Below are positions 27,551 through 39,062 of a stretch of DNA of 46,714 bases, one piece after another; the first letter of the stretch is position 1, and every line of letters begins with the position of its first letter. The position numbers and the translations under genes were made by a program. The stretch is taken from IMG/VR virus record IMGVR_UViG_2671180847_000008; one strand, 5' to 3'. The notes beneath the pieces were generated by a model. It saw nothing but the letters and a program-made list of their open reading frames with translations, made no database searches and had not been told where the DNA came from. The DNA is from a virus. Lineage: Duplodnaviria; Heunggongvirae; Uroviricota; Caudoviricetes.

Positions 27551-28141
27551 ATGAAGGGGCTTGAGAATGCCATCCGCAATCTGAACAGCCTTGATACCCG
27601 TATGGTGCCACAGGCCAGCGCATGGGCGATAAACCGTGTGGCACAGAAAGCGGTCTCGGTTGCCACCCGGCAGGTTGCCGGGAATACCGTTGCGGGAGAT
27701 AACCAGGTGAAAGGGATCCCCCTGAAACTGGTACGTCAGCGTGTCCGGGTGTTTAAAGCCAGTCCGTCAGGAAAAATGACGGCCAGGATCCGCGTTAACC
27801 GGGGCAATCTGCCCGCCATCAAACTGAACACAACACGGCGGCGTGCTGGTGAAGGACTGAGAGTGGGAAAATACTTTTTCCGGGGGGCATTTGTTCAGCA
27901 ACTGGCGAATGGCCGCTGGCATGTTCTGAGGCGTCTTCCTGAAGCGCGTTTTGCAACAGGGCATGACCATCAGGGCAGGCCAAGAAAAAATCGTCTTCCT
28001 GTGGAGGTAGTGAAAATCCCGCTGTCCGGACCGCTGACACAGGCATTTGAAGATGCCCGCGATCGCATCATTGCTGCGGAAATGCCGAAACAGCTGGGGT
28101 ATGCACTGAAACAACAACTGAGGTTATGGCTGACCCGATGA
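27551..28141 (+). CDS. Z: Minor tail protein Z-like
   Basis: 196 aa (lambda gpZ is 192 aa); position; RBS GAGGTG. Confidence 0.7.
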   Translation: MKGLENAIRNLNSLDTRMVPQASAWAINRVAQKAVSVATRQVAGNTVAGDNQVKGIPLKLVRQRVRVFKASPSGKMTARIRVNRGNLPAIKLNTTRRRAGEGLRVGKYFFRGAFVQQLANGRWHVLRRLPEARFATGHDHQGRPRKNRLPVEVVKIPLSGPLTQAFEDARDRIIAAEMPKQLGYALKQQLRLWLTR

Positions 28142-28539
28142 ACCGACATACACAAATCCGCCAGGTCGTACTGGCACGCCTTCGGGAACAGTGTGGGGAC
28201 AGCGCCACGTTTTTTGACGGACTTCCGGCATTTATTGATGCGCAGGAACTGCCTGCCGTGGCGGTGTGGCTGAGTGATGCTCAGTACACCGGAAAAATGA
28301 CGGATGAAGATGACTGGCAGGCTGTTCTGCATATTGCCGTCTTCATCCGGGCACAGGCACCGGATTCAGAGCTGGATATGTGGATGGAGAGCACCATTTT
28401 CCCGGCCCTGAATGATGTACCGGCACTTTCCGGACTCATCGACACCCTGAACCCACTCGGTTTTAACTATCAACGTGATAATGAGATGGCCACCTGGGCG
28501 ATGGCGGAAATCACGTACCAGATCACGTACACGAATTAA
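28138..28539 (+). CDS. U: Tail terminator protein U
   Basis: Strong similarity to lambda gpU as recalled (TFFDGLPAFIDAQELPAVAVWLSDAQYTG, DSELDMWMES, ITYQITY). Confidence 0.9.
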   Translation: MNRHTQIRQVVLARLREQCGDSATFFDGLPAFIDAQELPAVAVWLSDAQYTGKMTDEDDWQAVLHIAVFIRAQAPDSELDMWMESTIFPALNDVPALSGLIDTLNPLGFNYQRDNEMATWAMAEITYQITYTN

Positions 28540-28549
28540 GGAGGTGGTA

Positions 28550-29293
28550 ATGACCACACCAAATCCACTGGCAAAGACGAAAGGTGCGGGGACGACGTTC
28601 TGGATGTATACCGGCAACGGCGACGCATTTGCGAACCCTTTGTCGGACACTGACTGGCTGCGTCTTGCGATGGTGAAGGATCTGCAACCTGGCGAAATGA
28701 CCGCTGATGCAGAAGATGATACTTATCTCGATGATGAAGATGCAGACTGGAAAACGACAACCCAGGGGCAGAAATCAGTCGGTGATACTTCGGCGACGCT
28801 GGCCTGGCGTCCGGGTGACAGCGGGCAGAAAAAACTGGTTCAGTTGTTCGACTCCGGTGAAGTCTGCGCGTTTCGTATCAAATATCCCAACGGTACTGTT
28901 GATGTTTTCCGTGGCTGGCTGAGTTCACTGGGTAAAACCATTGCCTCAAAAGACGTGATGACCCGCACTGTGAAAATCAGCGGTGTGGGGCGTCCGTATC
29001 TGGCAGAGGAAGGCACTGAAACAGTGAGCGTTACCGGGCTGACGGTGGCACCGGCATCTGCCAGTGTAAAAGTGGGAGCAACCACCACGCTGACCTTTAC
29101 AGTAAAACCTGACGGAGCCAGTGACAAAGCGATCAGTGTGCATTCGTCAGATCCACAGACTGCCACGGTGACCCTGAACGGGCTTGTGGCCACGGTGAAA
29201 GGCGTGAAGCAGGGCAGTGTCAGCATTGTGGGCATGACTTCTGACGGCGATTTTGTGGCAGTGGCTGCGGTGACTGTCAGCGCCGCAGGTTAA
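28550..29293 (+). CDS. V: Major tail protein V with C-terminal Ig-like domain
   Basis: Near-identity to lambda gpV motifs (KGAGTT, ANPLSDTDW, SYLDDEDADW, FPNGTVDVFRGW); RBS AAGGAGG. Confidence 0.95.
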   Translation: MTTPNPLAKTKGAGTTFWMYTGNGDAFANPLSDTDWLRLAMVKDLQPGEMTADAEDDTYLDDEDADWKTTTQGQKSVGDTSATLAWRPGDSGQKKLVQLFDSGEVCAFRIKYPNGTVDVFRGWLSSLGKTIASKDVMTRTVKISGVGRPYLAEEGTETVSVTGLTVAPASASVKVGATTTLTFTVKPDGASDKAISVHSSDPQTATVTLNGLVATVKGVKQGSVSIVGMTSDGDFVAVAAVTVSAAG

Positions 29294-29350
29294 CAGGACG
29301 ATACTCATCATTTGCCCCGGTTATCCGGGGCTTTTTTGCAGGTGGAGAAC

Positions 29351-29740
29351 ATGATGTTTCTGAAACAGGGCACGTTTAATTATGAAAAACAGTCCGTGGT
29401 GCTCAGTGAGCTGTCCGGGCTGCAGAGAATTGAATATCTGGCGTTTGTTCAGCAGCGAACGGCAAAGTTTGATGCCGGTGAGGGAGAACTGCCGGAGGCT
29501 GAACGACAGATTGCTTTTCTGCGGATGGGGATGGATATCAATGCCTGGCTGGTTTCCCGCTCACTGTGGAATGCGGATCAGTCTAAGGATGTAGAGACGC
29601 TTTGCGCATCCGTTATTACAACATGGTCGTATGATGCCCTGGGTGCGGGGGCGGAGATGGTTCTGTCGCTGAGCGGTATGGGGGCCATTGATAATGCCGG
29701 GGATGATGAGCATGAGGCGCTGACGCCGGAAAAGTCCTGA
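29351..29740 (+). CDS. G: Tail assembly chaperone G
   Basis: Similar to lambda gpG (LSELSGLQRIEYLA, TTWSYDA). Confidence 0.9.
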   Translation: MMFLKQGTFNYEKQSVVLSELSGLQRIEYLAFVQQRTAKFDAGEGELPEAERQIAFLRMGMDINAWLVSRSLWNADQSKDVETLCASVITTWSYDALGAGAEMVLSLSGMGAIDNAGDDEHEALTPEKS

Positions 29741-30078
29741 CGCGGGAAATGCAGTTTGTCATGCGGCTTGCCCGGGAGTTCCGGCGGGCAGACTGGCGGC
29801 GGATGCTGTCGGAAATGTCGGCCACTGAGCTTGGTGAGTGGGGCGATTATTTCCGGATGCAGAGCTTCAGTGATGTGTGGATGGATGCGCAGTTTGCCTC
29901 GCTGAAGGCATTGATCGTGAGAATGGTGTCCGGCAGCAGTGATGCTGCGGTGGCTGATTTCAGCCTTTTACCGGAAGAGAACGGGATACCGGAGCGAACG
30001 GACGAAGAACTGATGCATCTTGGGGAAGGTATTTCCGGAGGTGTGCGTTATGGACCAGATAGCCAACCTGGTCATTGA
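29351..30078 (+). CDS. T: Tail assembly chaperone G-T, made by programmed -1 frameshift
   Basis: T frame (open 29716-30078) is -1 relative to G; slippery-type run CCGGAAAAG at 29726-29734 just before the G stop. Confidence 0.75.
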
Positions 30079-33000
30079 TTTGGGGATTGATGCGGCAGAG
30101 TTTAAAAATGAAATCCCCCGTATCAAAAACCTTCTGAATGGTGCAGCCAGCGATGCAGAACGGTCTTCTGCCCGTATGCAGCGTTTTATGGAGCGTCAAA
30201 CTCAGGCCGCCCGGCAGACAACGCAGGCGGCGTCTTCGGCTGCAACAGCCGCATCCGTCCATGCGCAGACAGTGGAGAAGAACGCACAGGCTCATGAACG
30301 CATGGCCCGCGAGGTGGAGAAAACCCGCCAGCGCATGGAGGCGCTGAGCCAGAAAATGCGCGAGGAACAGGCGCAGGCCATGGCTCTGGCGGAGGCTCAG
30401 GATAAAGCGGCTGCTGCGTTTTATCGTCAGATTGACAGTGTGAAACAGGCCAGTGCGGGGCTGCAGGAATTACAGCGTATTCAGCAGCAGATCCGACAGG
30501 CCAGAAGCAGTGGCGGGATTGGTCAGCAGGATTATCTGGCGCTGATTTCTGAGGTTACGGCGAAAACCCGTGTTCTTACACAGGCTGAGGAAGAGGCTAC
30601 CCGACAGAAAGTGGCGTTTATCCGTCAGCTTAAAGAGCAGGCAACCCGCCAGAATCTTTCTTCTTCTGAGTTGCTTCGTGCTAAGGCTGCCCAGCTGGGG
30701 GTAAGCAGTGCTGCAGAAGTGTATATCCGCAAAATGGAGCAGGCAGGAAAAGCCACGCATTCGCTGGGTCTGAAAAGTGCAGCGGCCCGTCAGGAGATAG
30801 GCGTTCTGATAGGTGAACTGGCCCGCGGAAATTTAGGTGCGCTGAGGGGATCCGGAATAACGCTGGCTAACCGTGCCGGGTGGATAGACACACTGATGTC
30901 ACCGAAAGGCATGATGCTTGGCGGGGTTATTGGCGGTATTGCCGCGGCTGTCTATGGTCTGGGTAAAGCCTGGTATGACGGTCAGAAGGAGGGGGAAGAA
31001 TTTAACCGCCAGCTGTCGCTGACGGGGCATTATGCCGGAGTCACTGCCGGGCAGCTGTGGACGCTCAGTCGTGCTATTTCCGGGAATGGTATCACGCAAC
31101 ATGCTGCAGCCGGTGCGCTGGCTCAGGTGGTGGGGAGTGGTGCATTTCGTGGAAACGATATCGGTATGGTGGCGAGAGCTGCCGCACAGATGGAGCGATC
31201 TGTTGGCCAGTCGGTCAGCGATACCATAAATCAGTTTAAGCGGCTGAAGGATGATCCTGTAAATGCCGCGAAGGCTCTGGACAATGAGCTGCATTTTCTT
31301 ACTGCCACTCAGCTTGAGCAGATACGTGTCCTTGGGGATCAGGGACGGTCCAGTGATGCTGCACGGATAGCCATGTCTGCACTGGCAGAGGAAACCGGTC
31401 GGCGTACTGCGGATATTGATAATAACCTCAATGCGCTTGGTAGTACGCTGAAGTATCTGTCTGATTTGTGGAGTCGTTTCTGGGATGCGGCCATGAATAT
31501 TGGTCGTGAAGACTCGCTGGATGAACAGATTGCCGCTTTACAGGAGAAAGTGTCGCGGGCGAAAAGACTCCCCTGGACGGCATCATCTTCTCAGGTTGAA
31601 TACGATCAGCAGCGTCTTAACGATCTTCAGGAGAAAAAACGCCAGAAGGATTTGCAGGATGCAAAAGAGCAGGCAGAGCGGAATTATCAGGAGCAACAGA
31701 AACGCCGTAATGCTGAAAATGCTGCACTGAACCGGATGAATGAAACGGAAGCAGCACGGCATCAGCGTGAAATTGCGCGTATTAATGCCATGCAGTACGC
31801 CGATCAGGCTGTCAGGGATGCGGCGATACAACGTGAAAATGAACGTTACGAGAAAGCCCTGGCATCTGGTAAGAAAAAAACACGCGAAACCCGTAATGAT
31901 GAGGCCACCCGGTTATTGCTGCAGTACAGTCAGCAACAGGCACAGGTGGAAGGGCAGATTGCTGCTGCAAGACAGTCAGCAGGCATTGCCACTGACAGGA
32001 TGACAGAAGCGCATAAACAGCTTCTGGCTCTGCAGCAGCGCATCAGCGACCTGGACGGGAAAAAACTGACGGCAGATGAAAAGAGTGTGCTTGCCCGTAA
32101 AGATGAACTGATTCAGGCATTGACGCTGCTGGATGTAAAACAGCAGGAGCTTCAGAAACAGACGGCACTCAACGAGCTGAAGAAAAAAACAATTCAGCTG
32201 ACCAGCCAACTGGCTGAAGAAGAGCGCGCTCAGCGTCAGCAACATGACCTGGATATCGCCACGGTGGGTATGGGTGATCAGCAGCGGCAGCGATATCAGG
32301 TACAACTGAGTCTTCGCCAGAAATACCAGCAACAGCTGGAGCAGTTGAGGCGGGATAGTGAGCAGAAAGGGACATATAACACGGATGACTACAGAAAGGC
32401 CGAGCAGGCGCTGACGGAGAGCCTGAACCGACAACTGAATGAGAATCGCCGTTACTGGCAACAGCTTGAAATTGCTCAGGGTGACTGGAAAAACGGAGTC
32501 CTGCGTGCACTCCAGAATGTCACTGAGAATGCGGATAACACAGCCGGGACAGTGGAACAGTTGTTCACGTCTGCGTTCAGTAGCATGAGTGACTGGCTGG
32601 CGACATTCTGTACTACAGGCAAACTCAATTTCAAATCCTTCACCTCTTCTGTGCTGTCAGATATGTCCAGAATCATGGCTCAGATAGCTTTAATGAAAGC
32701 GGTAAAAGGCATTGCTTCCGCGCTGCCTTTTGATTTTGTAGCTAATGCTGATGGCGGTGTTTATCAGTCGGCTGATTTGAGTCGCTACAGTGGCACGGTG
32801 GTTAACCGTCCGACGTTTTTTGCTTTTGCAAAAGGCGCGGGTGTGATGGGGGAAGCGGGACCTGAAGCCATTCTGCCTCTGCGTCGTGGTGCTGACGGTA
32901 AGCTGGGGGTTGTGGCGGATATTGGTGGTTCAGGTATGGCGATGTTTGCCCCGCAGTACAACATCGAGATCAATAACGATGGCACGAACGGGCAGATAGG

Positions 33001-33106
33001 TCCGGCTGCCCTGAAGGTGGTTTATGACCTTGGGAAAAAAGCGGCAGCGGACTTTATGCAACAGCAGGCCCGTGATGGTGGTCGGTTAAGTGGAGCATAT
33101 CGGTAA
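30050..33106 (+). CDS. H: Tail tape measure protein (gpH-like)
   Basis: 1018 aa; coiled-coil rich; between G-T and M. Confidence 0.9.
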   Translation: MDQIANLVIDLGIDAAEFKNEIPRIKNLLNGAASDAERSSARMQRFMERQTQAARQTTQAASSAATAASVHAQTVEKNAQAHERMAREVEKTRQRMEALSQKMREEQAQAMALAEAQDKAAAAFYRQIDSVKQASAGLQELQRIQQQIRQARSSGGIGQQDYLALISEVTAKTRVLTQAEEEATRQKVAFIRQLKEQATRQNLSSSELLRAKAAQLGVSSAAEVYIRKMEQAGKATHSLGLKSAAARQEIGVLIGELARGNLGALRGSGITLANRAGWIDTLMSPKGMMLGGVIGGIAAAVYGLGKAWYDGQKEGEEFNRQLSLTGHYAGVTAGQLWTLSRAISGNGITQHAAAGALAQVVGSGAFRGNDIGMVARAAAQMERSVGQSVSDTINQFKRLKDDPVNAAKALDNELHFLTATQLEQIRVLGDQGRSSDAARIAMSALAEETGRRTADIDNNLNALGSTLKYLSDLWSRFWDAAMNIGREDSLDEQIAALQEKVSRAKRLPWTASSSQVEYDQQRLNDLQEKKRQKDLQDAKEQAERNYQEQQKRRNAENAALNRMNETEAARHQREIARINAMQYADQAVRDAAIQRENERYEKALASGKKKTRETRNDEATRLLLQYSQQQAQVEGQIAAARQSAGIATDRMTEAHKQLLALQQRISDLDGKKLTADEKSVLARKDELIQALTLLDVKQQELQKQTALNELKKKTIQLTSQLAEEERAQRQQHDLDIATVGMGDQQRQRYQVQLSLRQKYQQQLEQLRRDSEQKGTYNTDDYRKAEQALTESLNRQLNENRRYWQQLEIAQGDWKNGVLRALQNVTENADNTAGTVEQLFTSAFSSMSDWLATFCTTGKLNFKSFTSSVLSDMSRIMAQIALMKAVKGIASALPFDFVANADGGVYQSADLSRYSGTVVNRPTFFAFAKGAGVMGEAGPEAILPLRRGADGKLGVVADIGGSGMAMFAPQYNIEINNDGTNGQIGPAALKVVYDLGKKAAADFMQQQARDGGRLSGAYR

Positions 33107-33435
33107 TGGAGACGTTTCACTGGAAAGTGCGCCCGGATATGAATGTGGTATCAGAGCCGAAAGTGGTGACAGTGAAGCTGGGCGATGGTTATGAACAGCG
33201 TCGTGCGGCGGGACTGAATAACCAGTTGTCGACTTACAGCGTGACGATACGTGTTCGTAAATGTGAACACCCATCTTTAAAAGCCTTTCTGGAACGGCAC
33301 GGTGGCGTCCGCGCATTTCAGTGGACGCCACCTTATGACTGGAAACCGATTAGGGTGGTTTGTCGTAAATGGTCGGCAAGCGTGGGGGCGCTGTGGGTAA
33401 CCATAACGGCAGATTTTGAACAGGTCGTGGCATAG
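33106..33435 (+). CDS. M: Minor tail protein M
   Basis: 109 aa, lambda gpM-like (FHWKVRPDM..., WTPPYDW). Confidence 0.9.
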   Translation: METFHWKVRPDMNVVSEPKVVTVKLGDGYEQRRAAGLNNQLSTYSVTIRVRKCEHPSLKAFLERHGGVRAFQWTPPYDWKPIRVVCRKWSASVGALWVTITADFEQVVA

Positions 33436-33444
33436 GAGGCTCTG

Positions 33445-34143
33445 ATGCAGGATATTCCACAGGAAACACATCATGAGACGACACGCCTCACTCAGTCAGC
33501 CCAGGTGGTGCTCTGGGAAATCGATCTGACAGAGGTCGGTGGTGAACGTTATTTTTTCTGTAATGAGCAGAACGAAAAAGGTGAGCCGGTTATCTGGCAG
33601 GGGCGGCAGTATCAGGTATACCCCATTCAGGGGACGGGATTTGAACTGAACGGCAAGGGCAGTGCTGCCCGTCCGACACTGACGGTTTCTAACCTGTACG
33701 GTATGGTCACCGGGATGGCGGAAGATCTGCAGAGTCTGGTCGGCGGAACGGTGGTCCGGCGTAAGGTTTACGCCCGTTTTCTGGATGCGGTGAACTTCGT
33801 CAACGGAAACAGTGACGCCGATCCGGAGCAGGAGGTGATCAGCCGCTGGCGCATTGAGCAGTGCAGCGAACTGAGCGCGGTGAGTGCCTCTTTTGTACTG
33901 TCCACGCCGACGGAAACGGACGGCGCTGTTTTTCCGGGACGTATCATGCTGGCCAACACCTGCACCTGGACCTATCGCGGTGATGAGTGCGGTTATCACG
34001 GTCCGGCAGTCGCGGATGAATATGACCAGCCGACGTCCGATATCACGAAGGATAAATGCAGCAAATGCCTGAGCGGCTGTAAGTTTCGCAATAACGTCGG
34101 CAACTTTGGCGGCTTCCTTTCCATTAACAAACTTTCGCAGTAA
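33445..34143 (+). CDS. L: Minor tail protein L
   Basis: 232 aa as in lambda gpL; conserved Cys cluster at the C-terminus; RBS AGGAGG. Confidence 0.9.
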   Translation: MQDIPQETHHETTRLTQSAQVVLWEIDLTEVGGERYFFCNEQNEKGEPVIWQGRQYQVYPIQGTGFELNGKGSAARPTLTVSNLYGMVTGMAEDLQSLVGGTVVRRKVYARFLDAVNFVNGNSDADPEQEVISRWRIEQCSELSAVSASFVLSTPTETDGAVFPGRIMLANTCTWTYRGDECGYHGPAVADEYDQPTSDITKDKCSKCLSGCKFRNNVGNFGGFLSINKLSQ

Positions 34144-34147
34144 TCCC

Positions 34148-34891
34148 ATGACAGAGACAGAATCAGCGATTCTGGCACACGCCCGGCGATGTGCGCCAGC
34201 GGAGTCGTGCGGCTTCGTGGTGAGAGCGCCGGAGGGGGAAAGATATTTTCCCTGCGTGAATATTTCCGGTGAGCCGGAGGATTATTTCCGGATGGCTCCG
34301 GAGGACTGGCTGCAGGCAGAGATGCAGGGTGAGATTGTGGCACTGGTCCACAGTCATCCCGGTGGTCTGCCCTGGCTGAGTGAGGCTGACCGGCGGCTGC
34401 AGGTGCAGAGTGATTTGCCGTGGTGGCTGGTCTCCCGGGGGGCGATTCACAAGTTCCGCTGTGTGCCGCATCTCACCGGGCGGCGCTTTGAGCACGGGGT
34501 GACGGACTGTTACACGCTGTTCCGGGATGCTTATCATCTGGCGGGGATTGAGATGCCGGATTTTCATCGCGGGGATGACTGGTGGCGTAACGGTCAGAAT
34601 CTCTATCTGGATAATCTGGAGGCCACAGGGCTGTATCAGGTGGCGTTGTCATCAGCACAACCGGGCGATGTGCTGCTGTGCTGTTTTGGTTCATCGGTGC
34701 CGAATCATGCCGCCATTTACTGCGGCGACGGTGAGCTGCTGCACCATATTCCTGAACAACTGAGTAAACGAGAGAGGTATACCGACAAATGGCAGCGACG
34801 CACACACTCCCTCTGGCGTCACCGGGCATGGCACGCATCTGCCTTTACGGGGATTTACAACGATTTGGCCGCCGCATCGACCTTCGAGTGA
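34148..34891 (+). CDS. K: Tail assembly protein K (JAB/MPN plus NlpC/P60-like)
   Basis: HSHP metal motif and a C/H catalytic region; position. Confidence 0.85.
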   Translation: MTETESAILAHARRCAPAESCGFVVRAPEGERYFPCVNISGEPEDYFRMAPEDWLQAEMQGEIVALVHSHPGGLPWLSEADRRLQVQSDLPWWLVSRGAIHKFRCVPHLTGRRFEHGVTDCYTLFRDAYHLAGIEMPDFHRGDDWWRNGQNLYLDNLEATGLYQVALSSAQPGDVLLCCFGSSVPNHAAIYCGDGELLHHIPEQLSKRERYTDKWQRRTHSLWRHRAWHASAFTGIYNDLAAASTFE

Positions 34892-35436
34892 AAACGGGGT
34901 CCGAAGCCATCCGGGCGCTGGCCATGCAGATCCCGGCGTTTCGTCAGAAACTGAGCGACGGCTGGTACCAGGTACGCATTGCCGGGCGTGATGCAGGTGA
35001 AACCGAATTGTCTGCCCGTCTTAATGAGCCGCTAGCAAATGGTGCCGTGATCCACATCGTGCCGCGTCTGGCGGGAGCTAAAAGTGGCGGTGTGTTTCAG
35101 GTGGTGCTGGGGGCGGCGCTGATTGCGGTGGCATGGTGGAACCCTGTGGGCTGGCTGGGTGCCGCGGCTGTATCGGGCATGTATGCGGCAGGGGCCAGTA
35201 TGATCCTGGGCGGAGTGGCGCAGATGCTGGCACCGAAAGCCAGGACGCCCACGGCAGCAAGTACAGATAACGGCAAACAGAACACCTATTTCTCCTCACT
35301 GGATAACATGGTTGCCCAGGGCAATGTTCTGCCGGTTCTGTACGGTGAAATGCGCGTGGGGTCGCGGGTGGTCTCTCAGGAGATCAGCACGGCAGACGAA
35401 GGGGATGGTGGTCAGGTTGTGGTGATTGGTCGCTGA
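34789..35436 (+). CDS. I: Tail assembly protein I
   Basis: Close to lambda gpI as recalled (MAATHTLPLASPGMARICLYGDLQRFGRRIDLRVKTG..., C-terminal GEMRVGSRVVSQEISTADEGDGGQVVVIGR); overlaps K. Confidence 0.9.
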   Translation: MAATHTLPLASPGMARICLYGDLQRFGRRIDLRVKTGSEAIRALAMQIPAFRQKLSDGWYQVRIAGRDAGETELSARLNEPLANGAVIHIVPRLAGAKSGGVFQVVLGAALIAVAWWNPVGWLGAAAVSGMYAAGASMILGGVAQMLAPKARTPTAASTDNGKQNTYFSSLDNMVAQGNVLPVLYGEMRVGSRVVSQEISTADEGDGGQVVVIGR

Positions 35437-35452
35437 TGAAAAACGTTTATGT

Positions 35453-35476
35453 GAAACCGCCTCCGGGCGGTTTTGT
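35453..35476 (+). promoter_or_regulatory. Short hairpin between I and J (possible attenuator); weak
   Basis: CCGCC-TCCG-GGCGG followed by TTTTG. Confidence 0.2.
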
Positions 35477-35495
35477 CGTTTATGGAGCGTGAGGA

Positions 35496-38400
35496 ATGGG
35501 TAAAGGCAGCAGTAAGGGGCATACCCCGCGCGAAGCGAAGGACAACCTGAAATCCACGCAGCTGCTGAGTGTGATTGATGCCATCAGCGAAGGGCCGATT
35601 GAAGGTCCGGTGGATGGATTAAAAAGCGTGCTGCTGAACAGTACGCCGGTGCTGGACAGTGAGGGGAATACCAATATATCCGGCGTCACGGTGGTGTTCC
35701 GGGCCGGTGAGCAGGAGCAGACACCGCCGGAGGGATTTGAATCCTCCGGCTCCGAGACGGTGCTGGGTACGGAAGTGAAATATGACACGCCGATCACCCG
35801 CACCATTACGTCTGCAAACATCGACCGTCTGCGCTTTACCTTCGGTGTGCAGGCACTGGTGGAAACCACCTCAAAGGGGGACAGGAATCCGTCGGAAGTT
35901 CGCCTGCTGGTTCAGATACAACGTAACGGTGGCTGGGTGACGGAAAAAGACATCACCATTAAGGGCAAAACCACCTCGCAGTATCTGGCCTCGGTAGTGG
36001 TGGATAATCTGCCGCCGCGCCCGTTCAACATCCGGATGCGCAGGATGACGCCGGACAGCACCACAGACCAGCTGCAGAACAAAACGCTCTGGTCGTCATA
36101 CACCGAAATCATCGATGTGAAACAGTGCTACCCGAACACGGCACTGGTCGGCGTACAGGTGGATTCGGAGCAGTTCGGCAGCCAGCAGGTGAGCCGTAAT
36201 TATCATCTTCGCGGGCGTATTCTGCAGGTGCCGTCGAACTATAACCCGCAGACGCGGCAATACAGCGGTATCTGGGACGGAACGTTTAAGCCAGCATACA
36301 GCAACAACATGGCCTGGTGTCTGTGGGATATGCTGACCCACCCGCGCTACGGCATGGGTAAACGTCTTGGTGCGGCAGATGTGGATAAATGGGCGCTGTA
36401 TGTCATCGGCCAGTGTTGCGACCAGTCGGTGCCGGACGGTTTTGGCGGCACGGAGCCGCGCATCACCTGTAATGCCTGGCTGACCACACAGCGTAAGGCG
36501 TGGGATGTTCTCAGTGATTTCTGCTCGGCGATGCGCTGTATGCCGGTATGGAACGGGCAGACGCTGACGTTCGTGCAGGACCGACCATCAGATAAGGTGT
36601 GGACCTATAACCGCAGTAATGTGGTGATGCCGGATGATGGCGCGCCGTTCCGCTACAGCTTCAGCGCCCTGAAGGACCGCCATAATGCCGTTGAGGTGAA
36701 CTGGATTGACCCGGATAACGGCTGGGAGACGGCGACAGAGCTTGTGGAGGACACGCAGGCCATTGCCCGTTACGGTCGTAACGTCACGAAGATGGATGCC
36801 TTTGGCTGTACCAGGCGGGGGCAGGCGCACCGCGCCGGGCTGTGGCTGATTAAAACGGAACTGCTGGAAACGCAGACCGTGGACTTCAGCGTGGGCGCAG
36901 AAGGGCTTCGCCATGTACCGGGCGATGTTATTGAAATCTGTGATGATGACTATGCCGGTATCAGCACCGGTGGTCGTGTGCTGGCGGTGAACAGCCAGAC
37001 CCGGACGCTGACGCTCGACCGTGAAATCACGCTGCCATCCTCCGGTACCACGCTGATAAGCCTGGTTGACGGAAGTGGCAATCCGGTCAGCGTGGAGGTT
37101 CAGTCCGTCACCGACGGCGTGAAGGTAAAAGTGAGCCGTGTTCCTGACGGTGTTGCCGAGTACAGCGTGTGGGGGCTGAAGCTGCCGACGCTGCGCCAGC
37201 GCCTGTTCCGCTGTGTGAGTATCCGTGAGAACGACGACGGTACGTATGCCATCACTGCAGTGCAGCATGTACCGGAGAAAGAAGCCATCGTGGATAACGG
37301 GGCGCACTTTGACGGTAACCAGAGCGGCACGGTGAATGGTGTCACGCCGCCAGCAGTGCAGCATCTGACCGCCGAAGTCACCGCAGACAGCGGGGAATAC
37401 CAGGTGCTGGCCCGCTGGGACACGCCGAAGGTGGTGAAGGGCGTGAGCTTCCTGCTTCGCCTGACCGTGGCAGCGGATGACGGCAGTGAGCGGCTGGTCA
37501 GCACGGCCCGGACGACGGAAACCACTTACCGCTTCACACAACTGGCTCTGGGGAACTACAGGCTGACAGTCCGGGCAGTAAATGCGTGGGGGCAGCAGGG
37601 CGATCCGGCGTCGGTATCGTTCCGGATTGCCGCACCGGCAGCGCCGTCGCGGATTGAGCTGACGCCGGGCTATTTTCAGATAACCACCACGCCGCATCTT
37701 GCGGTTTATGATCCGACGGTACAGTTTGAGTTCTGGTTCTCGGAAAAGCGGATTGCGGATATCAGGCAGGTTGAAACCACAGCACGCTATCTTGGCACGG
37801 CGCTGTACTGGATAGCCGCCAGTATCAATATCAGGCCGGGCCATAATTATTATTTTTACGTTCGCAGTGTGAACACCGTTGGCAAATCGGCATTCGTGGA
37901 GGCTGTTGGTCAGCCGAGTGATGACGCATCCGGCTATCTGGATTTTTTCAAAGGCGAGATAGGGAAAACCCATCTGGCTCAGGAGCTGTGGACGCAGATT
38001 GATAACGGTCAGCTTGCGCCTGACCTGGCTGAAATCAGGACATCCATTACGGATGTCAGCAATGAAATCACACAGACCGTCAATAAGAAACTGGAAGACC
38101 AGAGTGCGGCAATTCAGCAGATACAGAAGGTTCAGGTTGATACAAATAATAACCTGAACAGCATGTGGGCTGTGAAGCTGCAGCAGATGCAGGACGGACG
38201 CCTTTATATCGCGGGTATTGGTGCCGGTATTGAGAACACCCCTGACGGCATGCAGAGTCAGGTGCTGCTGGCGGCAGACAGGATTGCGATGATTAATCCT
38301 GCGAATGGCAACACAAAGCCGATGTTTGTTGGGCAGGGCGATCAGATATTCATGAACGAAGTGTTCCTGAAACGCCTGACGGCTCCCACCATTACCAGCG

Positions 38401-38993
38401 GCGGTAATCCTCCGGTATTTTCCCTGACACCGGACGGGCGGCTGACGGCGAAAAATGCCGATATCAGCGGTAACGTGAATGCGAACGCCGGGACGCTCAA
38501 CAATGTCACGGTAAATGAAAACTGTACGATTAAGGGCATGCTGGAGGCGACTCAGGTCAGAGGTGACTTCGTTAAAGCTGTATCCAAATCATTTCCGAAA
38601 CAGGCTGGTACGTGGGGTAACACGGAAACACCAAACGGGACGGTTACAGTCACCATCAGCGATGATCATAACTTTGACCGTCAAATCATTATTCCGCCCA
38701 TTATCTTTAACGGAATAGCGTATAGCGATCCGGGAAGTGGTAATAACCCGGGAGGTACAAGATACACGGGTTATGGTTTTGAAGTTCGCAAAAACGGTGT
38801 ATTAATCGCATCCAGAGAAACTAAAGGGGCCATTCCCGGTAGCTACAGTGCGGTTATTGATATGCCGAGTGGCAGGGGAAGCGTCACTCTGGAGTTTAAG
38901 GTTTTCCATAAAGGCAATCAGTGGGCAGGTAATATCACCGACTGTACGGTGATTGTGACCAAAAAAGCTGCTTCCGGCATCAGTATTCGTTGA
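35496..38993 (+). CDS. J: Host-specificity / central tail fibre protein J
   Basis: 1165 aa; extensive similarity to lambda gpJ through most of its length as recalled. Confidence 0.95.
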   Translation: MGKGSSKGHTPREAKDNLKSTQLLSVIDAISEGPIEGPVDGLKSVLLNSTPVLDSEGNTNISGVTVVFRAGEQEQTPPEGFESSGSETVLGTEVKYDTPITRTITSANIDRLRFTFGVQALVETTSKGDRNPSEVRLLVQIQRNGGWVTEKDITIKGKTTSQYLASVVVDNLPPRPFNIRMRRMTPDSTTDQLQNKTLWSSYTEIIDVKQCYPNTALVGVQVDSEQFGSQQVSRNYHLRGRILQVPSNYNPQTRQYSGIWDGTFKPAYSNNMAWCLWDMLTHPRYGMGKRLGAADVDKWALYVIGQCCDQSVPDGFGGTEPRITCNAWLTTQRKAWDVLSDFCSAMRCMPVWNGQTLTFVQDRPSDKVWTYNRSNVVMPDDGAPFRYSFSALKDRHNAVEVNWIDPDNGWETATELVEDTQAIARYGRNVTKMDAFGCTRRGQAHRAGLWLIKTELLETQTVDFSVGAEGLRHVPGDVIEICDDDYAGISTGGRVLAVNSQTRTLTLDREITLPSSGTTLISLVDGSGNPVSVEVQSVTDGVKVKVSRVPDGVAEYSVWGLKLPTLRQRLFRCVSIRENDDGTYAITAVQHVPEKEAIVDNGAHFDGNQSGTVNGVTPPAVQHLTAEVTADSGEYQVLARWDTPKVVKGVSFLLRLTVAADDGSERLVSTARTTETTYRFTQLALGNYRLTVRAVNAWGQQGDPASVSFRIAAPAAPSRIELTPGYFQITTTPHLAVYDPTVQFEFWFSEKRIADIRQVETTARYLGTALYWIAASINIRPGHNYYFYVRSVNTVGKSAFVEAVGQPSDDASGYLDFFKGEIGKTHLAQELWTQIDNGQLAPDLAEIRTSITDVSNEITQTVNKKLEDQSAAIQQIQKVQVDTNNNLNSMWAVKLQQMQDGRLYIAGIGAGIENTPDGMQSQVLLAADRIAMINPANGNTKPMFVGQGDQIFMNEVFLKRLTAPTITSGGNPPVFSLTPDGRLTAKNADISGNVNANAGTLNNVTVNENCTIKGMLEATQVRGDFVKAVSKSFPKQAGTWGNTETPNGTVTVTISDDHNFDRQIIIPPIIFNGIAYSDPGSGNNPGGTRYTGYGFEVRKNGVLIASRETKGAIPGSYSAVIDMPSGRGSVTLEFKVFHKGNQWAGNITDCTVIVTKKAASGISIR

Positions 38994-39013
38994 AGTTGTT
39001 ATAACCCATATAA

Positions 39014-39039
39014 GGGCACCAGAAATGGTGCCTTTTTTA
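39014..39039 (+). terminator. Terminator after J
   Basis: GGCACC-AGAAAT-GGTGCC followed by TTTTTT. Confidence 0.8.
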
Positions 39040-39062
39040 TTGCAGAAAAGCGAGAGGTAATT

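Noticed and set aside
33496-34149. 217-aa minus-strand ORF
   Set aside because: Antisense to minor tail protein L, which is strongly supported by its lambda-like features.
36588-37973. 461-aa minus-strand ORF
   Set aside because: Antisense to the lambda-like J gene; Arg/Cys/His-rich translation typical of spurious antisense ORFs in GC-rich coding DNA.
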